The position numbers and the translations under genes were made by a program. A stretch of DNA of 64,000 bases, taken from NCBI GenBank assembly GCA_028819575.1, contig JAPPLB010000147.1, positions 251 through 64,250 on the forward strand. The letters run 5' to 3'. The notes beneath the pieces are model-generated. The model saw only the letters and a list, made by a program, of their open reading frames with translations, was not told where the DNA came from and did no database searches. Shown here in pieces: positions 10,495-18,614 of this stretch. The first letter of the stretch is position 1. Every line of letters starts with the position of its first letter. The DNA comes from Bryobacterales bacterium (GTDB lineage Bacteria > Acidobacteriota > Terriglobia > Bryobacterales > UBA6623).

Positions 10495-12905
10495 CTCCCA
10501 TCACCCAATCCTCACGCAAGCGATACGAACAGGCCGGCTCGCTGGCCGAAGAGCTGCCCTATTGGGGCTGGGTGGACAAGCGTACCTTGCTCACCCGTCC
10601 CGGAGGACTGGTCACGCTGGCTGAGCTTCACCCCTGCGGCATCGCCGGCAGCTCGCCTGAAAACCTCGATCATGTCCTGGCTTCCTGGATGCGGCTGCTC
10701 GGTCAGCTCGATGAAGACGTGCGCTTCTCGCTGATCGTCACCCGCAGGCCGGTTCGCTCCGATGCGGTCGCCGCGATCGGCAACGATCGCCTGCCGCCTG
10801 CCATCTTCGAATCCCGGGCGGATGAGATCGTGCGGCGCTCCGGAGAGCTGCGCTTCTACGCCGCCTGGACGCTCGACTCGCGGCTGCAGGAAGCACGGCC
10901 CAAAGGCGGAGTCGCCGCGTCTTGGCTGAAGCGGCTCACCAGCAACGGCAAGGCCCAGCGGCTCTATGTGCAGAAATCCATCGCCCGCGCGTCGGAACGG
11001 CTGCAACGCATCGTCGATGCCGGCCGTGGACTGGTCACGGACGTATCCCCGAGCACGGTGCTCGAAGAAAAGGAAGCCACCGCCGTGCTCGGCGACATGA
11101 TCAACCGGCCGGGCACCGTTGCGCCGGTTCACGAAGGCGGAGCACTACATTGGTCCTGGGGACTCTCTCAGCTCGAAGGACACCGCCGCCACCTGACTCT
11201 CGACGACGAGCCCCTCGCCATCTACTCGCTGCTCGAACCGCCGCCGAAGGCGACCGCCAACATCCTGTGGGAGCTGCTCACCCTTCGGGCCACCTGGACC
11301 TTCGTTTGGGAATGGCAAGGCTTGTCGATCGGCAAGGCGCGGGGAATCATCCGCTCCGCGCAGAAGCACTTCTTTTCCTCGCGCTACTCGATGATGGCGC
11401 ACGCCAGAGGAACCGAAGGAACCGAAGCAGCGTTGGTCGATTCGGCAGCAGCGGCGGAATCGGCCGCGCTGGGCGATGCGCTCGTCGAGCTTCAGTCCGA
11501 GGGCATCCCCTGGGGCAAGCTGGCGGCTTCTCTCTCGATTCATGCCCCCGACCTGCAGCAGCTCGAAGAACTCGATTCCTCCGTCGTCAAGATCTTCACC
11601 GGCCGCGACATCAAGATCCTGCGCGAAGGCTACGGGCAACTCTCCACCTGGTTCGCCCGTCTGCCCGGGCAAGCAGCCAGCCGGCAATTGCGCCGGATGC
11701 CCGTCTCGGCCGGAACCGCGCTGTGCTGCTCCGCGATCTTCGCGCCCGGTCGAGGCGAACCGGAGTCGGACCACTTGGAAGCGCCGGCGCTGGCAACGCT
11801 CGAAACCCGTTGCGGAACCCTCTACGACTACGACCTTTTCGCCGGTTCCGACGTAGGCCACTCCCTCGTTCTCGGCAGCACCGGAGCCGGTAAGAGCTTC
11901 CTGCTCAACTTCCTTCTGGTTCACGCTCTGCGCTACAACCCGCGCGTCTCGATCCTCGACCTCGGCGGGAGCTACCGCAACCTCACGGCCATGCTCGGCG
12001 GAAGCTACCTGCGCCTCGACGGCGCCGGAGGCGGTACGCCCTTGCGGCCGTTCACTCTTCCCGAAGGTGAGCGAACCTACGAGTTTCTCACCGGCTGGAT
12101 CACCCAACTGCTCGCGCTGGGAGGCTACACGACCACCGGAGACGACACCACCGATATTCGCCGCCGCATCGAAGACGTGTACGGGATCGCAGCCAGCCAG
12201 CGCCGCATGAGCTCTCTGGTCGAGACGCTGGCGCCACGCATGAAGGACGCCATGAATCGCTGGAGAGGCAACGGTCAGTGGGGAAAGGTCTTCGACCAGC
12301 CCGGCCAGGGCAACGAGATCAATGGTAACGACTGGCAGGTTGTCGATCTGGCCGGAGCAAAGCAGTTTCCCGATCTGGTGTCCGCCGCCCTGACCTATTG
12401 CCTGGAGCGCTTGAGACTGGAGCTCGAGCGCCCCGAAGAAACCACCCGGCTCAAGATTCTCGTTGTCGATGAGGCATGGCGCTTCCTCGCTGAACCCGCG
12501 ACGGCGAACTACCTCGCCGAAGCCGCGCGGACCTGGCGCAAGCGCAACGCCGCCCTGATCCTGGCAACGCAGTCCGTCACCGACGTTGCCGGCGGAACCT
12601 CCACCGGCGCACTGATCGAGTCGATTCCCAACCGACTGTTCCTATCGATCCGCGACCTTACCTACGAAGCCGCCGCAAAGCTGCAATTGTCGGAAGCCGA
12701 AACATCACTCATCCAGAACCTGATCCCCAAGCGCGAAGTCTATGCCCGCAATCCTAACAGCCGCGAAGTGCTCACTCTCAACGTGGACCGGCGCAGCTAC
12801 TGGATGTTCACTTCCAACCCCATCGAGGAAGAGAAGCGATCCGCCGCGATCAAGCGAACGGGAGATCTCCAACAAGCCATCGAGGAGCTGGCGAGAGAAA
12901 GCTGA
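10491..12905 (+). CDS. virB4: T4SS ATPase VirB4/TrbE
   Basis: 804 aa with Walker A LGSTGAGKSF and Walker B ILVVDEAW. Size and position are typical of VirB4. Confidence 0.9.
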   Translation: MTPITQSSRKRYEQAGSLAEELPYWGWVDKRTLLTRPGGLVTLAELHPCGIAGSSPENLDHVLASWMRLLGQLDEDVRFSLIVTRRPVRSDAVAAIGNDRLPPAIFESRADEIVRRSGELRFYAAWTLDSRLQEARPKGGVAASWLKRLTSNGKAQRLYVQKSIARASERLQRIVDAGRGLVTDVSPSTVLEEKEATAVLGDMINRPGTVAPVHEGGALHWSWGLSQLEGHRRHLTLDDEPLAIYSLLEPPPKATANILWELLTLRATWTFVWEWQGLSIGKARGIIRSAQKHFFSSRYSMMAHARGTEGTEAALVDSAAAAESAALGDALVELQSEGIPWGKLAASLSIHAPDLQQLEELDSSVVKIFTGRDIKILREGYGQLSTWFARLPGQAASRQLRRMPVSAGTALCCSAIFAPGRGEPESDHLEAPALATLETRCGTLYDYDLFAGSDVGHSLVLGSTGAGKSFLLNFLLVHALRYNPRVSILDLGGSYRNLTAMLGGSYLRLDGAGGGTPLRPFTLPEGERTYEFLTGWITQLLALGGYTTTGDDTTDIRRRIEDVYGIAASQRRMSSLVETLAPRMKDAMNRWRGNGQWGKVFDQPGQGNEINGNDWQVVDLAGAKQFPDLVSAALTYCLERLRLELERPEETTRLKILVVDEAWRFLAEPATANYLAEAARTWRKRNAALILATQSVTDVAGGTSTGALIESIPNRLFLSIRDLTYEAAAKLQLSEAETSLIQNLIPKREVYARNPNSREVLTLNVDRRSYWMFTSNPIEEEKRSAAIKRTGDLQQAIEELARES

Positions 12906-12909
12906 AGAC

Positions 12910-13224
12910 ATGCCCTGGCGGATCGCAACCGGACTGAGCCTGATCATTTGGGTGATCGCCATCCTTCTCGTTGGCGAGCGGCTCAAGTACTTGGAGCCCT
13001 ATGCCAAGCTGCTCTTCGCTCACTACACCTGGAACGTCAGCCTCTACCTGATGATCGCCGCCGTGACCCTCTACGCCTTCATCTACTGGCTCGCCCGGCG
13101 CGCAGGCCTGGGCGATCTGGGCGGCAAGCTCAAGCTCATGGACAAGCGGCTCGTTGCCGGCGAATCCCACGACGACGAGCTCGCGCGGCGGCTGCAGCGC
13201 GAGCGCATGGGAGAGCTCGAATGA
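12910..13224 (+). CDS. Small 2-TM membrane protein
   Basis: Internal ATG at 12910 just after the virB4 stop. Two hydrophobic helices followed by a charged tail. Confidence 0.5.
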   Translation: MPWRIATGLSLIIWVIAILLVGERLKYLEPYAKLLFAHYTWNVSLYLMIAAVTLYAFIYWLARRAGLGDLGGKLKLMDKRLVAGESHDDELARRLQRERMGELE

Positions 13225-13484
13225 GCGTTCGATCCTGCCGCGTCTGCAGCTGTACGGATTTCGACGCCTGCATCGAACCGGACGGGTTTCCCTGTTGCTG
13301 GGTCGAGGACGACCTTTGCTCGGCTTGCGCCTTTTTTGCGCAAGGCGACAGGGTGGTTTTGCTCGAAGAAGCTGAGGACTTCAGCGGAAAGGAGGTCACT
13401 TTACCGGCCTCGACACGAATCATGGGACCGTACTCGCTCCAAGAACGCGAGGATCCATCGGACACAACAACTGGTGCTTCCTGA
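13221..13484 (+). CDS. Small Cys-rich protein
   Basis: ATGA overlap with the previous ORF. N-terminus MSVRSCRVCSCTDFDACIEPDGFPCCWVEDDLCSAC carries 9 Cys in 35 aa. Confidence 0.45.
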   Translation: MSVRSCRVCSCTDFDACIEPDGFPCCWVEDDLCSACAFFAQGDRVVLLEEAEDFSGKEVTLPASTRIMGPYSLQEREDPSDTTTGAS

Positions 13485-13533
13485 ACCTCGACATGCGGGA
13501 ACAACACATTGCCGGGGGAAAGGAGAGTGATTC

Positions 13534-14511
13534 TTGCGAGGCCGTGAAGTAGAAGCGCGCAGCGGGGCACGCTCGGGTCGAGCGGGCCCCGTCCGCTTCA
13601 AGCCCGTCCCCCACAGTCTCGGCTCGCAAGACGACCGCAGCCAGACTCCCAGCAAACCAAACACCCGACAGCGTCCCGCGCGCTCTCGACGTTCCAGCAA
13701 CCGCGCTCCGCGCCAGCGGCCTTCCCGCCGCAATCGCTCTGCTGACCGCATCGACTTCAAGCAGCGCAAGCGCCAGGCGCTCGACGACGTAGCGACCTAC
13801 CGCGTCGTCAGCGTGCGCGATCTGGTCGAGCGGCGCTTCGGAGGCAACGCCTTCGCCGCCCGCAAGGGCATCGACGCCCTCAAGAACGAGGGATTGCTCC
13901 ATGAGCACACCGTTCGCGTGAAAAGCGGCAAGACCTTCCGCGTCCTGTTCGCTTCACAGAAAGGCCGGCGCCAGGCATGGTGCAGCCGCAAGAACGACGA
14001 TCAGCGCTATTGGTGCGGCTTGGCGAAGCCTTCGGAAATCCGCCACGACGCCACCGTCTACCGCGCTGCCCACAGCGAGATCGCAAAGCTGGAGAAAGCC
14101 GGCTCTTCCGTCAAGCGCATCCAGCTCGACTACGAAATGAAATCCCGCGTGTCGAAGATTGCCGAGAGGGCGCGAGCGAAAGACGGCGGCGAATCCGCCT
14201 TCCTCGCCAAGATCGAGGCCGCCAAGCAGATGAACCTGCCCACCGGCAGCGACGGGAAAGTTCACTACCCCGACGCCCGCATCGAGTACGAGGACGAGCA
14301 GGGCAACCCCGGACGTGTCGATGTCGAAGTCACCAGCGGCAACTACCGCAGCAAGGGCCTGCAAGCCAAACTCTCAGCCGGCTTCAAGCTCTACGCCAAC
14401 GGCAATGCCGCCAAACAGCGCATTGCCTCTGCCTTGGGGATCAGAGAGCCCAAGAGAGGCGGCGGAAGCAAAAGCGGTGCGAGCCGCGATGAGGAGCTGT
14501 TCGAGTTATGA
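13534..14511 (+). CDS. Hypothetical; possibly replication-relaxation family (winged helix + PD-(D/E)xK-like core)
   Basis: TTG start with GGAAAGGAG 8 nt upstream. Basic N-terminal tail, a wHTH-like segment, and YPDARIEYEDEQGNPGRVDVEVTSG resembling a PD..E.. nuclease core. Family call is from memory only. Confidence 0.4.
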   Translation: MRGREVEARSGARSGRAGPVRFKPVPHSLGSQDDRSQTPSKPNTRQRPARSRRSSNRAPRQRPSRRNRSADRIDFKQRKRQALDDVATYRVVSVRDLVERRFGGNAFAARKGIDALKNEGLLHEHTVRVKSGKTFRVLFASQKGRRQAWCSRKNDDQRYWCGLAKPSEIRHDATVYRAAHSEIAKLEKAGSSVKRIQLDYEMKSRVSKIAERARAKDGGESAFLAKIEAAKQMNLPTGSDGKVHYPDARIEYEDEQGNPGRVDVEVTSGNYRSKGLQAKLSAGFKLYANGNAAKQRIASALGIREPKRGGGSKSGASRDEELFEL

Positions 14512-15488
14512 AGTTCCCCCACCTCAACGGGCGCGCCGGCAAGCTGGCAGATTCGCTGGATCTGCCAGCTAATCTTGCGGAATGGCTCGCCGTTTCTGCG
14601 CTTCATTCCGGCTGCTTTCTCCGCTCTCAGCTTCAGTTCTACGGCGGGTACGACGAAGAAAGCCGCAGATCACTCACCCGCGTTATTCGGAAATTATTGG
14701 AAAAGAATCTCATCACCGAAACCCCTGTCGAATCGCTTGGACTGCTCGCCCGCGTCACCAACAAATCCATCTACCGCCTTATTGGTGCGGACAACATCCG
14801 CCACCGGCGCCTTGCAAGCTGGCCCCTGATGTTCCGGCGCTTGCTCGCTCTCGACTACGTTCTCGACCACCCTCAGCTCCCCTGGCTGCCCACGGAAAAC
14901 GAGAAAGTCGCCTGCTTCGATCGGCTTGGAATCAACCATGCCAACCTGCCGCGCCGGGTTTGGAACAACGCCACCGGATACACGGTGCGGCTCTTCGCGA
15001 ACAAGCACCCGATCGCCGTCGATCCCCGCGGCAAGCAAGCCCACTTCGTCTACACCGATTCGGAAGAGAAATCGCCGCAGGGGGTTCGGAGCTGGCGAAC
15101 CGAACACGCGGCGCTGTGGTCCGATCTTCACCGCCTCGGCTTTGACCTTCACATCGTTCACGCCAGCTTCAACCCTCGGCTCGAAGAGAGCGTGAGCCGA
15201 GTGTTCTCAAGCTGGATGAATCAACCTCATTCGACCGTCACCCGTGCCGAGATCGAAGCCGAGATCGCGCTCGTCCAACAGGCCATCCAGTCCGATGACG
15301 AATCCGCCCTGAGGGTCTACGGCGGTTTCAACGGCGCGCTGCATGCTTCCGCCGCTCTCAAGGACCGGCTCGAGGAGCAAACCTCCACCGGTGCCTACAC
15401 CGCCACCTATTCCACCTGGCTCTCCCAACGGATCGCACAGGCCGTCCGCAACCCCAACCCTTCCGGCTCGCACACCCCAAATGCCTAA
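14508..15488 (+). CDS. Hypothetical; possibly replication-relaxation family paralog
   Basis: ATGA overlap with the previous gene. N-terminal wHTH-like segment (CFLRSQLQFY...RVIRKLLEKNLI). Low-confidence family call. Confidence 0.35.
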   Translation: MKFPHLNGRAGKLADSLDLPANLAEWLAVSALHSGCFLRSQLQFYGGYDEESRRSLTRVIRKLLEKNLITETPVESLGLLARVTNKSIYRLIGADNIRHRRLASWPLMFRRLLALDYVLDHPQLPWLPTENEKVACFDRLGINHANLPRRVWNNATGYTVRLFANKHPIAVDPRGKQAHFVYTDSEEKSPQGVRSWRTEHAALWSDLHRLGFDLHIVHASFNPRLEESVSRVFSSWMNQPHSTVTRAEIEAEIALVQQAIQSDDESALRVYGGFNGALHASAALKDRLEEQTSTGAYTATYSTWLSQRIAQAVRNPNPSGSHTPNA

Positions 15489-16164
15489 CCACGAAAGGCT
15501 TTCCCTGATTCAGATGACACTTTCGAGACTGAAACCATCCTCCGCATACCCCGCAGCTTTCGCGGCTTTCTCCCTTCTCTTCGCGCCGGCGCTCGCCGCT
15601 CAGAACAGCGGCCGCGGCTTCATCAAGGCTCAGGCCGGTTCGACACTTTTCAGCGGTGAATCGAACCTCACCGCCAGCGGCGGCTTCGGCGTCCGGATCA
15701 CCGGCTACCTCGACCTGTTTGCCGAGGCAGGCACGTTGCAGGACGTTCGAACCCATGAGCTGCAAAGCAATCTCGCTGCCCTTTCCACTCTCGCTGCCGA
15801 AGAGTTCAGCGTGCCTCTCGATCTGAACAGGCCCATCACCTGCCAGTACGGTTTCTTCGGCTCTCGCATCACGATACCGATGAGAAGCGTGATCACTCCG
15901 TTTTTCGAAATCGGCGGCGGAGCCGGCCGTCTCGATGTCCAATCGCCCGGCTTCATCCCCAGCTTCGTCCTCACCTATTTGGTGGATCGACAAATCAACC
16001 GCTACAAGAAGACCCATCCGCTGCTCGCGACAGGTGGAGGCGTCCATCTTGCCGTCACGCGAAGGTTCGGCATCGACATCGGCTATCGCTTCCTGCGAGT
16101 CTTCACCTCCAAACCCGCCATCATCGCGAACCAGGTCCACGCCGGCATCGTCTACCGCTTCTGA
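15481..16164 (+). CDS. Outer-membrane beta-barrel protein (OmpW/OmpA-beta-like)
   Basis: Signal peptide ending PALAAQN, alternating-hydrophobic strands, and C-terminal AGIVYRF ending in Phe. The start may instead be ATG 15514. Confidence 0.6.
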   Translation: MPNHERLSLIQMTLSRLKPSSAYPAAFAAFSLLFAPALAAQNSGRGFIKAQAGSTLFSGESNLTASGGFGVRITGYLDLFAEAGTLQDVRTHELQSNLAALSTLAAEEFSVPLDLNRPITCQYGFFGSRITIPMRSVITPFFEIGGGAGRLDVQSPGFIPSFVLTYLVDRQINRYKKTHPLLATGGGVHLAVTRRFGIDIGYRFLRVFTSKPAIIANQVHAGIVYRF

Positions 16165-16172
16165 GGCCCGCC

Positions 16173-17000
16173 ATGAAACCTGCCGACTTCATTGACGACA
16201 TGTATCGTCCCGACGACCTGGTTGCCCTGGTGCTGGTGTCCCGAGACGAAGAGACGAAAACCCAGCAGAGGATCTGGAACGCCAAGAAGGCCGCTTCGAA
16301 GGAGGTTCTGAAGTGGCTGAAGTACTCCAATTCGCACGGCTACGACATCTACATCGGCATGAACCCCTTGCAGCCCGGATCGCGCACCCGCAATAAGGAG
16401 GACGTTCAGGAAGTCCGCCGCGTCTACCTCGACCTCGACGAGGACGGCCCGTCGAAGCTCAAGGAGGTTCTCCAGGATGGCTTCAGCGGCAGGCTGCCTT
16501 CCGCCTCCTACATCATCAATACCTCTCCGGACCGCTACCAGTTGATCTGGAACGTCAAGCCCGGTTCCTTCACGCCCAGCGAGGCCGAATCTCTGATGCG
16601 CGGCCTCGCCGCCCGCTACGGCGGCGACCGCGCCGTGACCGACGTTTCGCGCGTCCTGCGGTTGCCCGGCTTCAAGCATCGCGGCAAGAACACCTGGATC
16701 ACGATGAGCGCCACGTCGGCGAAGCTCAGCAGCAAACAGGATTGGCCGGCTACCCTCTTCGTGGAGCCGGAGCGAACGGCAAGCGTCAGGCGCAAAAGCT
16801 CTTCCCCACACCGCTCTGGTGGAGATACTTCCCCCTCGGGCCACGATTGGGGCTGGACCAAGGACCAGCTTCGCGACGGCGTTGCCCCCGAAGAGCTGGA
16901 AATCCAACTTGCGGCAGCGCGTCCCGACAAACGCGATCCCGCCGACTACGCCAAGCGCACGGTCGCCCGGGCGCGTGAATCACTTTCACTGGAGCGATGA
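16173..17000 (+). CDS. RepB-type DNA primase domain protein
   Basis: The pattern DDLVALVLV...HGYDIYIGMNPL...VRRVYLDLDEDG...RVLRLPGFKH is typical of RepB_primase / conjugative primase proteins as I recall them. Confidence 0.65.
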   Translation: MKPADFIDDMYRPDDLVALVLVSRDEETKTQQRIWNAKKAASKEVLKWLKYSNSHGYDIYIGMNPLQPGSRTRNKEDVQEVRRVYLDLDEDGPSKLKEVLQDGFSGRLPSASYIINTSPDRYQLIWNVKPGSFTPSEAESLMRGLAARYGGDRAVTDVSRVLRLPGFKHRGKNTWITMSATSAKLSSKQDWPATLFVEPERTASVRRKSSSPHRSGGDTSPSGHDWGWTKDQLRDGVAPEELEIQLAAARPDKRDPADYAKRTVARARESLSLER

Positions 17001-18418
17001 AACCTCGACTCTCGCCCTTCGTCCTGGGCTTCGTCCTGTTGGCGGAAGGCTGGGCCTCGCTCGGAACCGAGATCCTCGCCCTCCGCCGCTTGACGCCCTG
17101 GGCCGGTTCCACGGTCGACGTGACCTCGATACTGCTGGCCGTCTACCTCGCCGCGCTGGCCGGAGGCTACCGCCGTGGAGGCCTGCTGGCTCGTCTGGGC
17201 GATCCCCGCCCGCGCCTGGCGCGCCGCCTGGCCGCCGCCTCCCTGTGGTCGGCCTTCTGGCTGTCGGAACCCGGCGTGCTGCTGGCCTTCTCGCTGCCGG
17301 CCGCTCCGCTGTTGCAGACCTTCGCCTATGCGGTGGTAGGGATCGCGCCGGTCGGCTGGCTGCTCGCCGAATGCGTGCTGCTCGCTCACGCCTGCGCACC
17401 CCTTCGCGACGCTTCCGAGCGCGCCGGCGGTGTCTTCGCCTTGTCCACGGTCGGCAACGTCACCGGAGCACTGGCGGCGACCTTCCTGCTGCTGCCCACG
17501 CTGGGGCTCGCAGCGGCCGTTTTCTCCGTCATGGCCGCTTCCGCCGCGGCCGCGCTTCTGGTGTCGCACCGCAGCATTTCTGTCCACATGCTGCTCTTCG
17601 CCGCTTGCTGGCCGGCCCTCGATCTATGGATCGAGGCCACCCAATACGTCGCCCGCAACGCCTACGCCGACTACCGCATCGTCGCTATCGACGACGATGC
17701 CCGGGTTCTAGTCATCAACAACCAGTCGGCTTCGCGGCATGATCGGGAAGGCCGGGGTTGGGAGTACGCCGAGTTGTTGGAACGCACACTGTGCGGCGCC
17801 GGCGAACACCGCGTGCTCGTTCTTGGCGCTGCCGGCATGACCATCGGCCAGGGCGCGCCGTGCGAACTCGATCTCACCTTCGTTGACATCGATCCCGAGC
17901 AGGAGCAGATCGCCGCGCAGTTTCTCGGCGCCCCGGGAGATACAGCCGGAGAGTTCGCCGGCAGGGACGCCCGCTCCTACCTGCGCGACTCCGAATCCGG
18001 ATGGCAGGCGATCGTCGTCGATGCCTTCACCAATCCCCGCTCCCTGCCGCGGCATTTGCTCACCGCCGAGTTCTACCGCCTTGCGCGTTCCCGGCTCGCA
18101 GACGGCGGCTCTCTCTACGTCAACCACACCACCTACCCGGGCGAAGAGCTCTTCATCACGAGAGCCGAGCGAACCTTGCGAAGCGTTTTCTCCGCGTGCA
18201 CCGTTCGCGCCGCTCAGCTTCCCCCGTCAACCGACTGGCACGAGGAAGCATCCTTCGACCGCAATCTTCTCTTCCGCTGCACGAGGAGCCCCCTCGACGG
18301 CGACCGCGTGATCTACTCCGACAGCGTTTCCAGAGCCGACCTGGACCGCTCTCTTCGATTGCCAAAAAATCGAGGTCATCGAACAATGTTCATGAAAGGA
18401 GACAGCACCCATGAGTAG
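16997..18418 (+). CDS. Fused polytopic membrane / spermidine-synthase-like (class I MTase fold) protein
   Basis: About 220 aa with 6-7 TM helices. Then VLVLGAAGMTIGQG, FVDIDPEQ, IVVDAF and LADGGSLYVN, which resemble aminopropyltransferase motifs. Confidence 0.6.
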   Translation: MKPRLSPFVLGFVLLAEGWASLGTEILALRRLTPWAGSTVDVTSILLAVYLAALAGGYRRGGLLARLGDPRPRLARRLAAASLWSAFWLSEPGVLLAFSLPAAPLLQTFAYAVVGIAPVGWLLAECVLLAHACAPLRDASERAGGVFALSTVGNVTGALAATFLLLPTLGLAAAVFSVMAASAAAALLVSHRSISVHMLLFAACWPALDLWIEATQYVARNAYADYRIVAIDDDARVLVINNQSASRHDREGRGWEYAELLERTLCGAGEHRVLVLGAAGMTIGQGAPCELDLTFVDIDPEQEQIAAQFLGAPGDTAGEFAGRDARSYLRDSESGWQAIVVDAFTNPRSLPRHLLTAEFYRLARSRLADGGSLYVNHTTYPGEELFITRAERTLRSVFSACTVRAAQLPPSTDWHEEASFDRNLLFRCTRSPLDGDRVIYSDSVSRADLDRSLRLPKNRGHRTMFMKGDSTHE

Positions 18419-18614
18419 ACGCTTGACCTATCAGAAGCGCATCGGACCGGACGGCCAACCCGTATCGGTCCCCGTCGTTCCCCCCGACGCCACGCCCGAA
18501 GAGATCGAGGCGATCGTGTCGGAAGAAGGCGCGGCCATCATGACCGACGAGCAGCAGGCCGCCTTCGACAAGTACGTCGGCGAGGGAGTCACTCGCGATG
18601 GCCGTGCACGTTGA
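18411..18614 (+). CDS. Small acidic hypothetical protein
   Basis: 67-aa ORF overlapping both neighbours by a few codons. No family recognised. Confidence 0.35.
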   Translation: MSRRLTYQKRIGPDGQPVSVPVVPPDATPEEIEAIVSEEGAAIMTDEQQAAFDKYVGEGVTRDGRAR

